Positions 15,691 to 24,348 are shown, counted from the first letter of the stretch. The stretch is DNA of 32,000 nt from Micrococcus luteus NCTC 2665 (GCF_000023205.1 NC_012803.1:2370001-2402000); one strand, 5' to 3'. The notes: generated by a model from the sequence alone, not told the origin. A program made the numbers and translations.

Positions 15691-18150
15691 TCAGGCCTGC
15701 AGCGCGGGGTGCAGGTCCTTCATGCGGAACCGACGCCGGCGCCGCACCACGAGCACGTCCAGGGCGAGCGCCACCGCCCCGACCCCCATCAGCACGACCA
15801 CCGACACCCAGAAGCGCTGGTCCAGACCGCCGGAGATCGCGTTGCGGAACGCCTCGATGGAGTAGCTCATCGGCATGAACGGGTGCAACGCCTGGAAGAA
15901 GCCGGGCAGCACCTCGGCCGGGTAGGTGCCGCCGGTGGAGGCCAGCTGCAGGATCAGCAGGACCAGCAGCAGCGCCGAACCGGGGGTGCCGAGTGCCGTC
16001 TGCAGCAGGTGCGCGATGAGGGAGAACACCACGGCCACGAGCACCGTCAGGGCCACGGCCCGCACCGGGTGCACGGGGGCCAGGCCCAGCGGCAGCGTGG
16101 CGGCGAGCATGAGCAGACCGCCGCCCACGGCCACGATGCCCACGGGCAGCCACGCGGCCAGCGCGATCGCCACCGGGTTGCGGCGCCCGGCCAGCAGCCG
16201 CCCGCTGATGGGCCGCATGATGTTGAACGCGGCGATGCCGAACACCCACAGCGCGATGGAGAAGAACATCGGCGCCATGCCGCGGCCGTAGACCTCCGCG
16301 GAGTTGTCCACCTGCATCACGGCCTCCACCGGCCGGGACATCACCAGGGCGGCCTCGTCCCGCTGATCCTCGGTCAGCGCGGGGACGCGGTCGACGCCGT
16401 CGGAGAGCCCGGAGGCGAGCTCGTGGGCGCCGTCGTCGAGGGTGCCGAGGCCGGCGCGCAGCTCCCCGGCGCCGTCCTGGAGCTGGGCCAGGCCGCCGTC
16501 GAGCTCGGTCGCGCCGGACTCCAGCTGGCCCGCACCGTCCTGCAGGGTCAGCGCCCCGTCGTGGAGCGCGGCGTTGCCCTCGGCGAGGGTGGTCGCCCCG
16601 TCCGTCAGCTCGCCGAGGCCGGACTGCAGCTCTCCGGCGCCGTCCTGGAGCTGGGCCAGGCCGCCGTCGAGCTCGGTCGCGCCGGAGCCCAGCTGCTCGA
16701 GGCCGTCCGCGAACCTCCCGGCGCCGTCGGCGAGGGAGTCGGCCCCGTCCTTCGCCTCACCGATGCCGCCCTGCAGCTTCTCGGCGCCCGCGGCCACGGC
16801 GTGGGCGCCGTCGTTGAGGTCCGTCAGATCCGCCTTGGCGGAGGCGGCGACGTCGTCCTCGACGAAGCCCTGGACGCGCTCGTTGGCGGCCGCGGAGGTC
16901 GCGGCGGCCTCCTCGGCGCGGCCGGCGACGGCGGTCACCCGCTCGTCCGCGCCGGTGAGCGCCTCCTGGAGCGCGGCGTACTGCTCGGACTCGGCGAGCG
17001 TCGGATCCTCGTCGGCGAGCTCGGCCAGGGCGGCCTGCGCATCGGCGATGCGGGCGCCCGCGCCGTCCTCGGCCGTGCCGGCCACCTCGGCGACCCGCTG
17101 GACGTCCTCGTCCACCGCGGCGACGTCGGCGGCCACCGCGTCCTGCCGCTCGATCACCTGGTCCAGGCCGGGGATCACCGTGTCGTAGAGCTGCTGGGTG
17201 CCGTCGGCCACCTGCGTGGCGCCGTCGGTGAGCTCGGCCGATCCGGTCTGCAGCTGGGCCAGCCCGTCGGAGAGGTCCGTGGCGCCCTGACGCAGGGCGG
17301 GGGCGTTCTCGGCGAGCTGCCCGGCGCCGTCGGCGAGGGCCTGGGAGCCCTCGCGCGCCTGGTCGAGCCCGTCGGCCAGGCGGCCGGCCCCGTCCTGCGC
17401 GGACGCGGCGCCCTCGGCGAGTCGCTGGGCGCCGTCGTCGGCCTGGGCGGCGCCGTCCGCGAGGTCACCCGCACCCGTGGCGAGCTGGCCCGCGCCCTCG
17501 GCCAGCTTGCCGGAGCCGTCGTGGGCCTGGACGATCCCGTCCTCCAGCTGGCTCGCGCCGTCCTTCGCGGAGGCCGTGCCGTCGGCCAGCTGTGCGGCGC
17601 CGTCGGCGGCGTCCACCATGCCCGACCGCAGCTCGCCGAGGCTGGAGAAGACGGCCTCGAAGTACGCCTCGATCGCGGACCGATTCACGGCGGCCTCGAC
17701 CTTGGCCTGGCTCGCGTTCGTGACGGAGCCGATCACGAAGCCGTTGGCGTCGTCTCGGCGCAGGGTGATCTGCGCCTGCTGCGGTGTCCCGCCGCCCTCG
17801 GGGCTGACGAGGTCACGACTGAGCTCGGCGGGGATCTCCAGGACGAGGTAGTACCGGCCCTCCCGCAGTCCCTCCTCGGCCTCCTCGCGCGTGGTCTCGC
17901 GCCAGTCGAAGGCGCGGTCGTCCTTGAGGCGTTCGGTCATGTCCGCGCCGGTGCGCAGCGTGGTGTCGCCGCGCTGGACGGGTTCGTCCTCGTTGACGAT
18001 CGCCACCGGCAGACGGTCCATGGCCCCGTAGGGGTCCCAGTTCGCGGACAGGTACAGGGCGCCGTAGATGGCGGGGACGAGGAAGATGAACAGCAGGGCG
18101 AGCAGGGGCAGGCCACGGCGGAAGCGTCGCAGCTCGTAGCGGAACAGCAT
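15691..18150 (-). CDS. YhgE/Pip domain-containing membrane protein (phage-infection-protein-like)
   Basis: 819 aa. N-terminal TM followed by VAIVNED. A ~430-aa central L-x-D-G-x-x-x heptad region. C-terminal multi-TM ABC-2-like domain. The ATG overlaps the upstream gene's stop by 1 nt. Confidence 0.9.
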   Translation of the reverse strand: MLFRYELRRFRRGLPLLALLFIFLVPAIYGALYLSANWDPYGAMDRLPVAIVNEDEPVQRGDTTLRTGADMTERLKDDRAFDWRETTREEAEEGLREGRYYLVLEIPAELSRDLVSPEGGGTPQQAQITLRRDDANGFVIGSVTNASQAKVEAAVNRSAIEAYFEAVFSSLGELRSGMVDAADGAAQLADGTASAKDGASQLEDGIVQAHDGSGKLAEGAGQLATGAGDLADGAAQADDGAQRLAEGAASAQDGAGRLADGLDQAREGSQALADGAGQLAENAPALRQGATDLSDGLAQLQTGSAELTDGATQVADGTQQLYDTVIPGLDQVIERQDAVAADVAAVDEDVQRVAEVAGTAEDGAGARIADAQAALAELADEDPTLAESEQYAALQEALTGADERVTAVAGRAEEAAATSAAANERVQGFVEDDVAASAKADLTDLNDGAHAVAAGAEKLQGGIGEAKDGADSLADGAGRFADGLEQLGSGATELDGGLAQLQDGAGELQSGLGELTDGATTLAEGNAALHDGALTLQDGAGQLESGATELDGGLAQLQDGAGELRAGLGTLDDGAHELASGLSDGVDRVPALTEDQRDEAALVMSRPVEAVMQVDNSAEVYGRGMAPMFFSIALWVFGIAAFNIMRPISGRLLAGRRNPVAIALAAWLPVGIVAVGGGLLMLAATLPLGLAPVHPVRAVALTVLVAVVFSLIAHLLQTALGTPGSALLLVLLILQLASTGGTYPAEVLPGFFQALHPFMPMSYSIEAFRNAISGGLDQRFWVSVVVLMGVGAVALALDVLVVRRRRRFRMKDLHPALQA
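16400..17640 (-). repeat. Intragenic heptad-repeat region of yhgE, including a near-identical ~75-nt duplication
   Basis: The protein shows runs such as LADGTAS AKDGASQ LEDGIVQ AHDGSGK and so on. DNA 16458-16518 and 16626-16686 are 60/61 identical, offset by 168 nt (56 aa). Confidence 0.85.
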
Positions 18151-18935
18151 CAGTTCTCCCGGACGGGGGACAGGGTGAGGACGACGGCGTCACGCGGCAC
18201 GGGCGCGGAGGCCACGGCGCTCACCGCGAACGGGTGGCCGTGGTCCCTGAGGACGTCCAGGGCCGCGTGGAGCGCGGCCAGCTCATCGAGGGTCAGGGTG
18301 GCGTCCACGTCGTCGAAGGTGACGAGGCGGGCCGGGCGCAGGCAGGCGACGACGGCGGCCAGCAGCGCGCGATCGGGCGCGGACAGCTCCCCGACGACGG
18401 CCTCCGGCGCCACGGTCAGCCTCACCGCGTCGGCGAGGAGGGCGAAGCGTGCGCGGCCGGCGCGGCGGCGCACGCCGTCGGCGAGACAGCGCTCGTCCAC
18501 GACCTCGGCCGCGGTCAGCGCCGGCTCGAGCTCCACCAGGTCGGTGGTGTGGGCGACGGCGGTGCGGGCGCAGAGGGCGTGCGGGTGGCGCGCGGCGTCG
18601 ATCGGGGGGCGGTACGCGCGGGCGGCGGGCCTCTCCGTGCCGTCCAGGGCGACGTCCACGGGGCCGCCGGTGAGCACGAGCTCGCCCCGCACGCCCTGCA
18701 GGCGCCCCGTGAGGGCGAGCAGCAGGGTCGAGCGGCCCGAGCCCTGGGTTCCGAGCACGGCCAGGTGGGTCTGCGGGGGCAGCACGAGGTCGAGGGGGCC
18801 GAACACCGGCCCGCGACCGCCGCGCAGGGTCAGACCGCGCGCCACGAGGGTGGCGGGCGGGAGGTCGTCGAGGTGCGCCGGGACGGGGGCAGGCCCGGAG
18901 CCATGGTGATCGGCGTCGGTGGGAGTGGAAGACAT
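18150..18935 (-). CDS. ABC transporter ATP-binding-like protein with degenerate catalytic motifs
   Basis: ATG at 18935 (MSSTPTD...). ABC fold order is recognisable, but Walker A is GTQGSGRST (K to R), the signature is LSAPD rather than LSGGQ, and Walker B is LVTFDDV (no catalytic Glu). Translationally coupled to yhgE. Confidence 0.8.
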   Translation of the reverse strand: MSSTPTDADHHGSGPAPVPAHLDDLPPATLVARGLTLRGGRGPVFGPLDLVLPPQTHLAVLGTQGSGRSTLLLALTGRLQGVRGELVLTGGPVDVALDGTERPAARAYRPPIDAARHPHALCARTAVAHTTDLVELEPALTAAEVVDERCLADGVRRRAGRARFALLADAVRLTVAPEAVVGELSAPDRALLAAVVACLRPARLVTFDDVDATLTLDELAALHAALDVLRDHGHPFAVSAVASAPVPRDAVVLTLSPVREN

Positions 18936-18944
18936 GGGCCCTCT

Positions 18945-18973
18945 TTGCCGAGTCGAGGCGGATTCAATACCAT
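18945..18973 (+). promoter_or_regulatory. Candidate tetR promoter TTGCCG-N17-TACCAT
   Basis: TTGCCG at 18945-18950, a 17-nt spacer, then TACCAT at 18968-18973. The -10 lies inside the palindromic operator candidate. Confidence 0.35.
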
Positions 18974-18992
18974 CGGTATTCAATACCATCGG
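18962..18992. promoter_or_regulatory. Candidate TetR operator array: tandem 16-bp repeat generating alternating inverted half-sites
   Basis: ATTCAATACCATCGG occurs at 18962-18976 and 18978-18992. The palindromes are AATACC-atc-GGTATT (18966-18980) and GGTATT-c-AATACC (18975-18987). It is an AT-rich patch in the 72-nt divergent intergenic region. Confidence 0.6.
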
Positions 18993-19007
18993 CATCGAGA
19001 GGGCAAC

Positions 19008-19616
19008 ATGGCCACCCGACCCCGCCGCGAGGATGTCCGCGCGGCCATCCTCGACCACGCGGCCCGGGTGTTCGGACGGGAGGGCTACGCGCGCGCCTCC
19101 CTCGCCCGCATCGCGGCGGAGGCCGGCTACACGAAGGGCGCCGTCTATTCCGGCTTCGCGGGGAAACCGGACCTCTTCGCCGCCGCCTGCACCGTCCAGT
19201 TCGAGCGGGCGACCACCCGAGCCATGGACGGCGTCGCCGACGCCCTGGACGACCCCGACCTGCCGCGCGAGGACCTGGTGGCCCGCGTGGCGGAGGCCCT
19301 GGCCGACGTCGTGCTCGAGACCACGGGCTCCTGGCCCCTGCTCCTCCACGAGTTCCAGGCCGTGGGCCTGCGCGAGCCCGCCGTGGGGAGAGCCTACCGG
19401 ACGCTGACCGTCCGGCGGCGAGACTTCCTGGCCGGCCTGCTGCGTGAGCACCGCGTGCTGGCCGACGTCCCGGACGAGCAGGTCACGCACACCGCGGCCA
19501 TGCTCCTGATGCTCGTGTACACGCTGTCGGTCGAGCGGCACCTGGCCCCGGAGGACCTGACGGTGGACGACGTGCGGGACACGCTGGCCGCGGCCGTGCG
19601 CTCCCTCCTGCCCTGA
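19008..19616 (+). CDS. TetR/AcrR family transcriptional regulator
   Basis: N-terminal HTH ASLARIAAEAGYTKGAVYSGF. GAGAGGG ribosome-binding site 5 nt upstream of ATG 19008. Divergent from the ABC-yhgE pair. Confidence 0.9.
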   Translation: MATRPRREDVRAAILDHAARVFGREGYARASLARIAAEAGYTKGAVYSGFAGKPDLFAAACTVQFERATTRAMDGVADALDDPDLPREDLVARVAEALADVVLETTGSWPLLLHEFQAVGLREPAVGRAYRTLTVRRRDFLAGLLREHRVLADVPDEQVTHTAAMLLMLVYTLSVERHLAPEDLTVDDVRDTLAAAVRSLLP

Positions 19617-19637
19617 CGCCCGCACGCCGGCCCGTCC

Positions 19638-20405
19638 TCAGCCCAGGGCGCCGGCCACACCGCGCACCAGCGCCACCGTGCCCCCGACGCCGGCCAGGCA
19701 GATCGCGAGGACGCGCGCCTTCGCGGGGTCCACCCGGCGGGCCACCACCGAACCGAGCAGGACACCCAGCGGACCGCCCGCCACCACGGCGACCCACACC
19801 GGCCACGGCACGTGCAGCCCCGCGGGCACGGCCGCGCCGAACAGCGACTTGGTGACCAGCGAGGTGAGATTGGCCAGCAGGAACACGGGCTGGAGGGTGG
19901 CCGCCCACGAGCGCTGGTCCCACCGGCTCGCCACCGCGTAGACCGCGAGCGCCGGCCCGGCGATGCCCGCGGTGGTGTTCATGAACCCGGCCACGGCGCC
20001 GGAGGCGAACACGGCCCCGTTCCCCTGGGCGGTGAAGCGCTGCTGCAGGCCCAGGACGGCGGCCACGGCCACCAGCACGGAGGACCCCAGGAGGATCTCG
20101 AGCGCGTGGGCGTCCAGGACCCGCACGGCCCACGCCCCCGCGAACGAGCCGGCCACGAGCAGGGGCGCGAGACGGACGAAGCGCGGCCAGTCCACATGCC
20201 TCTGCAGCATCGCGAACAGCAGCACCGCGGACACCGAGGCCGCCACGTTGGACAGCGTCACCCCCGCCACCGGGCCCAGGAGCAGGGACAGCGTGGGTGC
20301 GGCGATCATGCCGACGCCCATTCCGCTCACCCGCTGGAGCGTGCCGCCCAGGGTGATCGCGGCCAGCGCGACGACGGCCGGCAGCCACACCAGGGAGGGG
20401 TCCAT
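19638..20405 (-). CDS. Sulfite exporter TauE/SafE family membrane protein
   Basis: 255 aa with about 8 hydrophobic segments. Internal two-fold pattern with G.GMG / AGIAG motifs typical of TauE/SafE. Confidence 0.85.
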   Translation of the reverse strand: MDPSLVWLPAVVALAAITLGGTLQRVSGMGVGMIAAPTLSLLLGPVAGVTLSNVAASVSAVLLFAMLQRHVDWPRFVRLAPLLVAGSFAGAWAVRVLDAHALEILLGSSVLVAVAAVLGLQQRFTAQGNGAVFASGAVAGFMNTTAGIAGPALAVYAVASRWDQRSWAATLQPVFLLANLTSLVTKSLFGAAVPAGLHVPWPVWVAVVAGGPLGVLLGSVVARRVDPAKARVLAICLAGVGGTVALVRGVAGALG

Positions 20406-20455
20406 GCGGGCAGTATGCCGGAGCCGGGGGTGTCCGTCGGCCCTGGCTTCCGCCC

Positions 20456-21736
20456 ATGACGGGTGCGCATGCTGGCCGTATGGCCCAGCACAGCTCCACC
20501 CCGTTCCCGCTCGTGATCGTGGGCAGCGGCCCCGCCGGCGTCAGCGCCGCCCGCGCCTACGTCGACGCCGGGGGACCCGGCCCCGTCCTCATGCTCACCT
20601 CGGACGTGGACCACCCCTACGAGCGCCCGCCGCTGTCCAAGGAGCTGCTGCGCGGCACCGCCGAACCGGAGCCGACGGTGCTGGAGGACCTGCCGGACGC
20701 CGTCGAGCTGCGCCGGGGCGTGACCGTCACCCACGCGGACCTGGGGGCGCGGACGCTGTGGGCCGCCGAGGAGCCGATCCGTTTCGAGCGGCTCATCCTG
20801 GCCCTGGGCGCCCGTCCGGTCCCCCTGCCGGACGTCGAGGCCGACGCCGAGGTGCACCTGCTGCGCTCCTTCGCCGACGCCCGCCGCCTGGTGACGTCGG
20901 CCGGGCACGCGCGCTCCGCCGTCGTGGTGGGGTCCGGGTTCATCGGCTGCGAGGCGGCGGCCTCGCTGGCGCTGCGCGGGGTGGAGACCACGCTGGTCAC
21001 CCCGGACGAGGTCCCGCAGCAGAGACGGCTGGGCCGCGCCGCCGGCGAGCGGATCGCCGAGTGGCTGACGGGCGCGGGCGTCACGCTGCGCACGGGCGTG
21101 CGGGTGAGCGGCATCGAGGCCCCCCGGACCATCCACCTGGACGACGGCGTCACCCTCGCCCCGGACCTCATCCTCGCCGCGGTGGGCATCGAGCCCGGCG
21201 GCGGCCTGCTCGAGGGCACGGAGCTGACCGTGCACGAGGGACGGATCGTGGCGGACGAGCACCTGGCGGCGGCGCCGGGCGTGTGGGTGGCCGGGGACGT
21301 GGCCCGCGCCCACCACGCCGTGGCCGGCCGGCCGATCCCCGTGGAGCACTGGGGCGACGCCCTCGGCATGGGCGAGGTCGCCGGGCACAACGCGGCCCGC
21401 ACCGAGGTCGGCGTGCCGGGCGGCGCCGGCCAGGCCTCCGTGCTGGCCCACGCGGCGACGGCGGACCCGGAGTCCCTGCGGCGGTGGGAGGCCGTGCCCG
21501 GGTTCTGGAGCACCATCGGCGAGCACACGCTCAAGCACGCCGCGTGGGGCGACGGCCACGAGCAGGCCCGCATGGTGGAGCGCACCGGCGGGTTCACTCT
21601 CTGGTACACGGACGCGCAGGACCGCGTGGTGGGCGTGCTGACCTACAACGCGGACGAGGACTACGAGCGCGGGCGGGAGCTGGTGTCGGGCCGGGATGCC
21701 GTGGGCGGAGGCCGGGGCCGTCCCGACCCTGCATGA
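20456..21736 (+). CDS. FAD-dependent pyridine nucleotide-disulfide oxidoreductase (ferredoxin-reductase-like)
   Basis: GSGPAG FAD motif, YERPPLSK, a second Rossmann motif VVVGSGFIGCE, and a reductase C-terminal domain. An alternative ATG at 20480 is equally plausible. Confidence 0.85.
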   Translation: MTGAHAGRMAQHSSTPFPLVIVGSGPAGVSAARAYVDAGGPGPVLMLTSDVDHPYERPPLSKELLRGTAEPEPTVLEDLPDAVELRRGVTVTHADLGARTLWAAEEPIRFERLILALGARPVPLPDVEADAEVHLLRSFADARRLVTSAGHARSAVVVGSGFIGCEAAASLALRGVETTLVTPDEVPQQRRLGRAAGERIAEWLTGAGVTLRTGVRVSGIEAPRTIHLDDGVTLAPDLILAAVGIEPGGGLLEGTELTVHEGRIVADEHLAAAPGVWVAGDVARAHHAVAGRPIPVEHWGDALGMGEVAGHNAARTEVGVPGGAGQASVLAHAATADPESLRRWEAVPGFWSTIGEHTLKHAAWGDGHEQARMVERTGGFTLWYTDAQDRVVGVLTYNADEDYERGRELVSGRDAVGGGRGRPDPA

Positions 21737-21748
21737 CAGACTGAGGGG

Positions 21749-22438
21749 ATGACCACCCCGACCCCCGGCGCCGGCTCCCCGGGCAGCGGTGTGGCCGGGG
21801 GCGTGCTGGCCGCGGTGGGGGCGCTGGCCCTGATCGCGACCGTCCTGGCGCTGGTCCTCGCGTTCGGTCCGGCCGGCCGGGACGACGCCGGCGCGGGCGC
21901 CGAGCGGCGACGCTGGAACGGCGGCTTCACCCCCGCCCCGCCCACGGTGAACGCGCAGGGGTACGCCGAGCCCGTGCAGGGCCGCGTGACCTCCCGCTTC
22001 GGGCCCCGCCCCAACCCGTTCGGCGAGGGCGTGGTGCCCTCGGGGGTGTCCGAGGAGGCCCTGACCCGCCACGACGGCGTGGACCTCGGCGGGGTGCCGG
22101 AGGGCACGCCCTTCCACTCGGTGTCCGACGGCCGGGTCCTGTTCGTGGAGGCCGGCGGGGACGCGGGCGGCAACCTGCTCGCCGTGGACGCCGGGGACGG
22201 CCACGTGTGGCGCTACCTGCACGCCGCCCCGGACTCCACCGTGGTGGACGCGGGCCAGCGCGTCTCCGCCGGGGACCACCTGGCCGGCGTCGGGCAGACC
22301 GGCGCCGCCACCGGCGTGCACCTGCACCTGGAGCTGCGCGTGGACGGCGAGCCGGTGGACCCGGAGGCCTACCTGGCCGAGCGGGGCGTGGAGCTCGGCG
22401 GCTCCTACCCGGAGCGGCGCCGCGGCCTCAGCCGGTGA
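21749..22438 (+). CDS. M23 family metallopeptidase (membrane-anchored)
   Basis: N-terminal TM. SRFGPR, HDGVDL and GVHLHLELRVDGEPVDP are the canonical M23 zinc motifs. GAGGGG ribosome-binding site upstream. Confidence 0.9.
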   Translation: MTTPTPGAGSPGSGVAGGVLAAVGALALIATVLALVLAFGPAGRDDAGAGAERRRWNGGFTPAPPTVNAQGYAEPVQGRVTSRFGPRPNPFGEGVVPSGVSEEALTRHDGVDLGGVPEGTPFHSVSDGRVLFVEAGGDAGGNLLAVDAGDGHVWRYLHAAPDSTVVDAGQRVSAGDHLAGVGQTGAATGVHLHLELRVDGEPVDPEAYLAERGVELGGSYPERRRGLSR

Positions 22439-22942
22439 CCGGGCCGGCGTCGTCGTCCACGGACCCGGCCCAGCGGACCTCCCCGTCCACGACCTCGTCC
22501 GTCGGCGTCAGGCCGATCGCCTGGGCGACCCGCTGGGAGGCCGTGTGCTCGGGGTGGACGTCCGCCACGAGGCGCCGCACCCCCGGTCCCGCAGCTCGCC
22601 CTAGAGGAGGCCGGCGGCCTCCTTCGCCAGCCCGCGGCCCTGCCACGGCGTGCCGATCGGCCAGGCGATCTGCGTGGGTCCCCCGTCCACGGGGATGGTG
22701 GCCTGGACGTAGCCGACCGGCCGGCCCTCCGGCTCCAGCACCACGATCCAGTTGGCCCAGTCCTCCGCGCCGTCCTCGGAGCGACCGCGCGTGAGGATGG
22801 CGTACCGCTGCCGCAGCTCCTCCTCGCCCGGCGGCGTCCCGCCGGTGAACGTGTACAGGTCCGAGTCGGCGAGGACCGCGGCCATGGCCTCGGCGTCATC
22901 CACCCGCAACGGGCGCAGGGAGAGGGAATGCGGCATGGGCAC
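22428..22942 (-). pseudogene. GNAT (RimJ/RimL-like) N-acetyltransferase disrupted by a stop and/or frameshift
   Basis: ORF 22601-22942 ends ...QGRGLAKEAAGLL-TAG. The expected continuation, VRRLVADVHPEHTASQRVAQAIGL, lies in the +1-shifted ORF 22428-22646. Confidence 0.6.
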
Positions 22943-23010
22943 AGTCGACCAGCCCGGCCCCGCGCAGACAAGAGGCGGGGCGCATCCGCCCGCCGCGCTA
23001 GCCTGGGCGC

Positions 23011-23556
23011 ATGCCGCCCGCCCCCACCGCCCGTCTGCGCTTCCGCGAGATGGCCGACGCCGACCTCGACCACCTGGCCGGCCTCCTCGCCGATCCCGTG
23101 GTGATGCGCTTCTACCCCGCCCCGCGCACGCGCGCGGAGGCGGCGGCGTGGATCGCGGGCAACCGGCGCCGGTACGCGCAGGACGGGCACGGGCTGTGGA
23201 TCATCGAGACCCACGACGACGCCGGGCCCGGCTTCGTCGGGGACTGCGGCCTGACCTGGCAGGAGGTCGACGGGGAGCCTCGCCTGGAGGTCGGCTACCA
23301 CGTGCGGTCCGACCTGTGGGGGCGCGGTTACACGACCGAGGCGGCCGCCGCCTGCCGGGACCACGCCCGGGACGTGCTGGGGCACCACGAGCTCGTGGCG
23401 ATCATCCACCCGGAGAACACGGCCTCGCGCCGGGTGGCCGAGCGGATCGGGATGACCGTGGTGGGTGAGGACCGCACCGGCGCGCCCGAGGCCCGCGCGG
23501 CTCTGGGGCTCGAGGCGCGCACCGTGCTGGGGATGAGGCTCCGGCCGGGCGCGTGA
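23011..23556 (+). CDS. GNAT family N-acetyltransferase (RimJ/RimL-like, Acetyltransf_3)
   Basis: RLRFREM..DLD, WGRGYTTEAA and IHPENTASRRVAERIGM motifs. Confidence 0.9.
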   Translation: MPPAPTARLRFREMADADLDHLAGLLADPVVMRFYPAPRTRAEAAAWIAGNRRRYAQDGHGLWIIETHDDAGPGFVGDCGLTWQEVDGEPRLEVGYHVRSDLWGRGYTTEAAAACRDHARDVLGHHELVAIIHPENTASRRVAERIGMTVVGEDRTGAPEARAALGLEARTVLGMRLRPGA

Positions 23557-23572
23557 GGCGCGGCCCGGCCGG
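23541..23572 (+). terminator. GC-rich hairpin (13 bp with one bulge, 5-nt loop) spanning the GNAT stop codon
   Basis: CCGGCCGGGCGCG (23541-23553) pairs with CGCG(G)CCCGGCCGG (23559-23572). It lies at a convergent junction. No U-tract. Confidence 0.35.
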
Positions 23573-23591
23573 ACGTCTCAGCCCCGGTCGC

Positions 23592-23804
23592 TCACTTGGC
23601 GTGGCGGGCGAGCAGCTCGCGGGCGGCGTCCAGGCCGCCGGCCTCGACGTCGTAGGAGCCGGTGGACGCGTGGTGGGCCTCGACCGCGTCGGTGATCCGG
23701 TAGTGGTCCGGGTTGCCGGGCGGGTCGGAGGTCTCCAGCACGTGGATCAGGTAGGTCTCGCCGGCGGCCAGGGCCTGGCGGTCGTCGCGCTCGTGATGGG
23801 TCAT
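23592..23804 (-). CDS. Hypothetical small protein (70 aa)
   Basis: ATG at 23804 preceded by a GAGAGGA ribosome-binding site. GC3 is close to 100%. I recognise no family. Confidence 0.65.
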   Translation of the reverse strand: MTHHERDDRQALAAGETYLIHVLETSDPPGNPDHYRITDAVEAHHASTGSYDVEAGGLDAARELLARHAK

Positions 23805-23904
23805 GACGTCCTCTCGGGTCGGCGCCCGGCGGGTCTGTCCCACCGGGGCGTGCGCACCAGGGTGGCGCATCGACGGCGGCGGGGCACAGTCCTGCCCGCC
23901 CGGC

Positions 23905-24249
23905 TCAGCGGTTGCCGGGGTGCTGCGGGTCGGCCGGGATGCCGCGGCTCAGGGGCTCCACGGGCGGGCCGCTCGTCTCCGGGGTCACGGGCGAGCCGGT
24001 GCGGGAGCCGCCGACCTCCGGGGTGTCCGGCACCTGATCGCCGGAGGGCTGGGCGCCGGAGCGCAGCGCCTCGAGCCGCGTCTCGAGGACCTGCACCACG
24101 GGCAGGCGGTCGCCGTGGGCGCGCTCGTAGGCGAGCAGCTGCTCCACCTGCGACTCGTCGAGGCCGGTGATCCGGGTCGGCAGCGTGCCGTTGGGGATGT
24201 GGTCGTAGTCCGGCAGGGGGAGCTCGTCGCGGTTCGGGGCGTTCGTCAT
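23905..24249 (-). CDS. Conserved actinobacterial hypothetical protein (114 aa)
   Basis: The LPLPDYDHIP..L..RI..L...QVEQLLAYERAHGDR motif recalls a widely conserved actinobacterial small-protein family. GC3 is close to 100%. AGAGGGA ribosome-binding site upstream. Confidence 0.75.
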   Translation of the reverse strand: MTNAPNRDELPLPDYDHIPNGTLPTRITGLDESQVEQLLAYERAHGDRLPVVQVLETRLEALRSGAQPSGDQVPDTPEVGGSRTGSPVTPETSGPPVEPLSRGIPADPQHPGNR

Positions 24250-24348
24250 GGCACTGTCCCTCTTCTCTCGTCGGGGTCCCTCGTCGGGATGCGTGGTCCA
24301 CCCACGCTAGTGAAGGCCCCCGTCAGACGGCACCCCCTGCCGCCCCGC

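Noticed and set aside
16444-16686. CRISPR-like or tandem repeat array
   Set aside because: The repeats lie inside a well-supported CDS and are in frame (168-nt offset). They encode the heptad repeats of YhgE. There is no spacer/repeat architecture and no cas genes.
15265-18909. 1,214-aa ORF on the + strand, the longest ORF in the track
   Set aside because: It is antisense to the yhgE and ABC-like genes. The translation is a Gly/Arg/Ala/Val-rich low-complexity string with no recognisable domain. It is a typical shadow ORF of a high-GC genome, whereas the minus-strand genes show clear family motifs.
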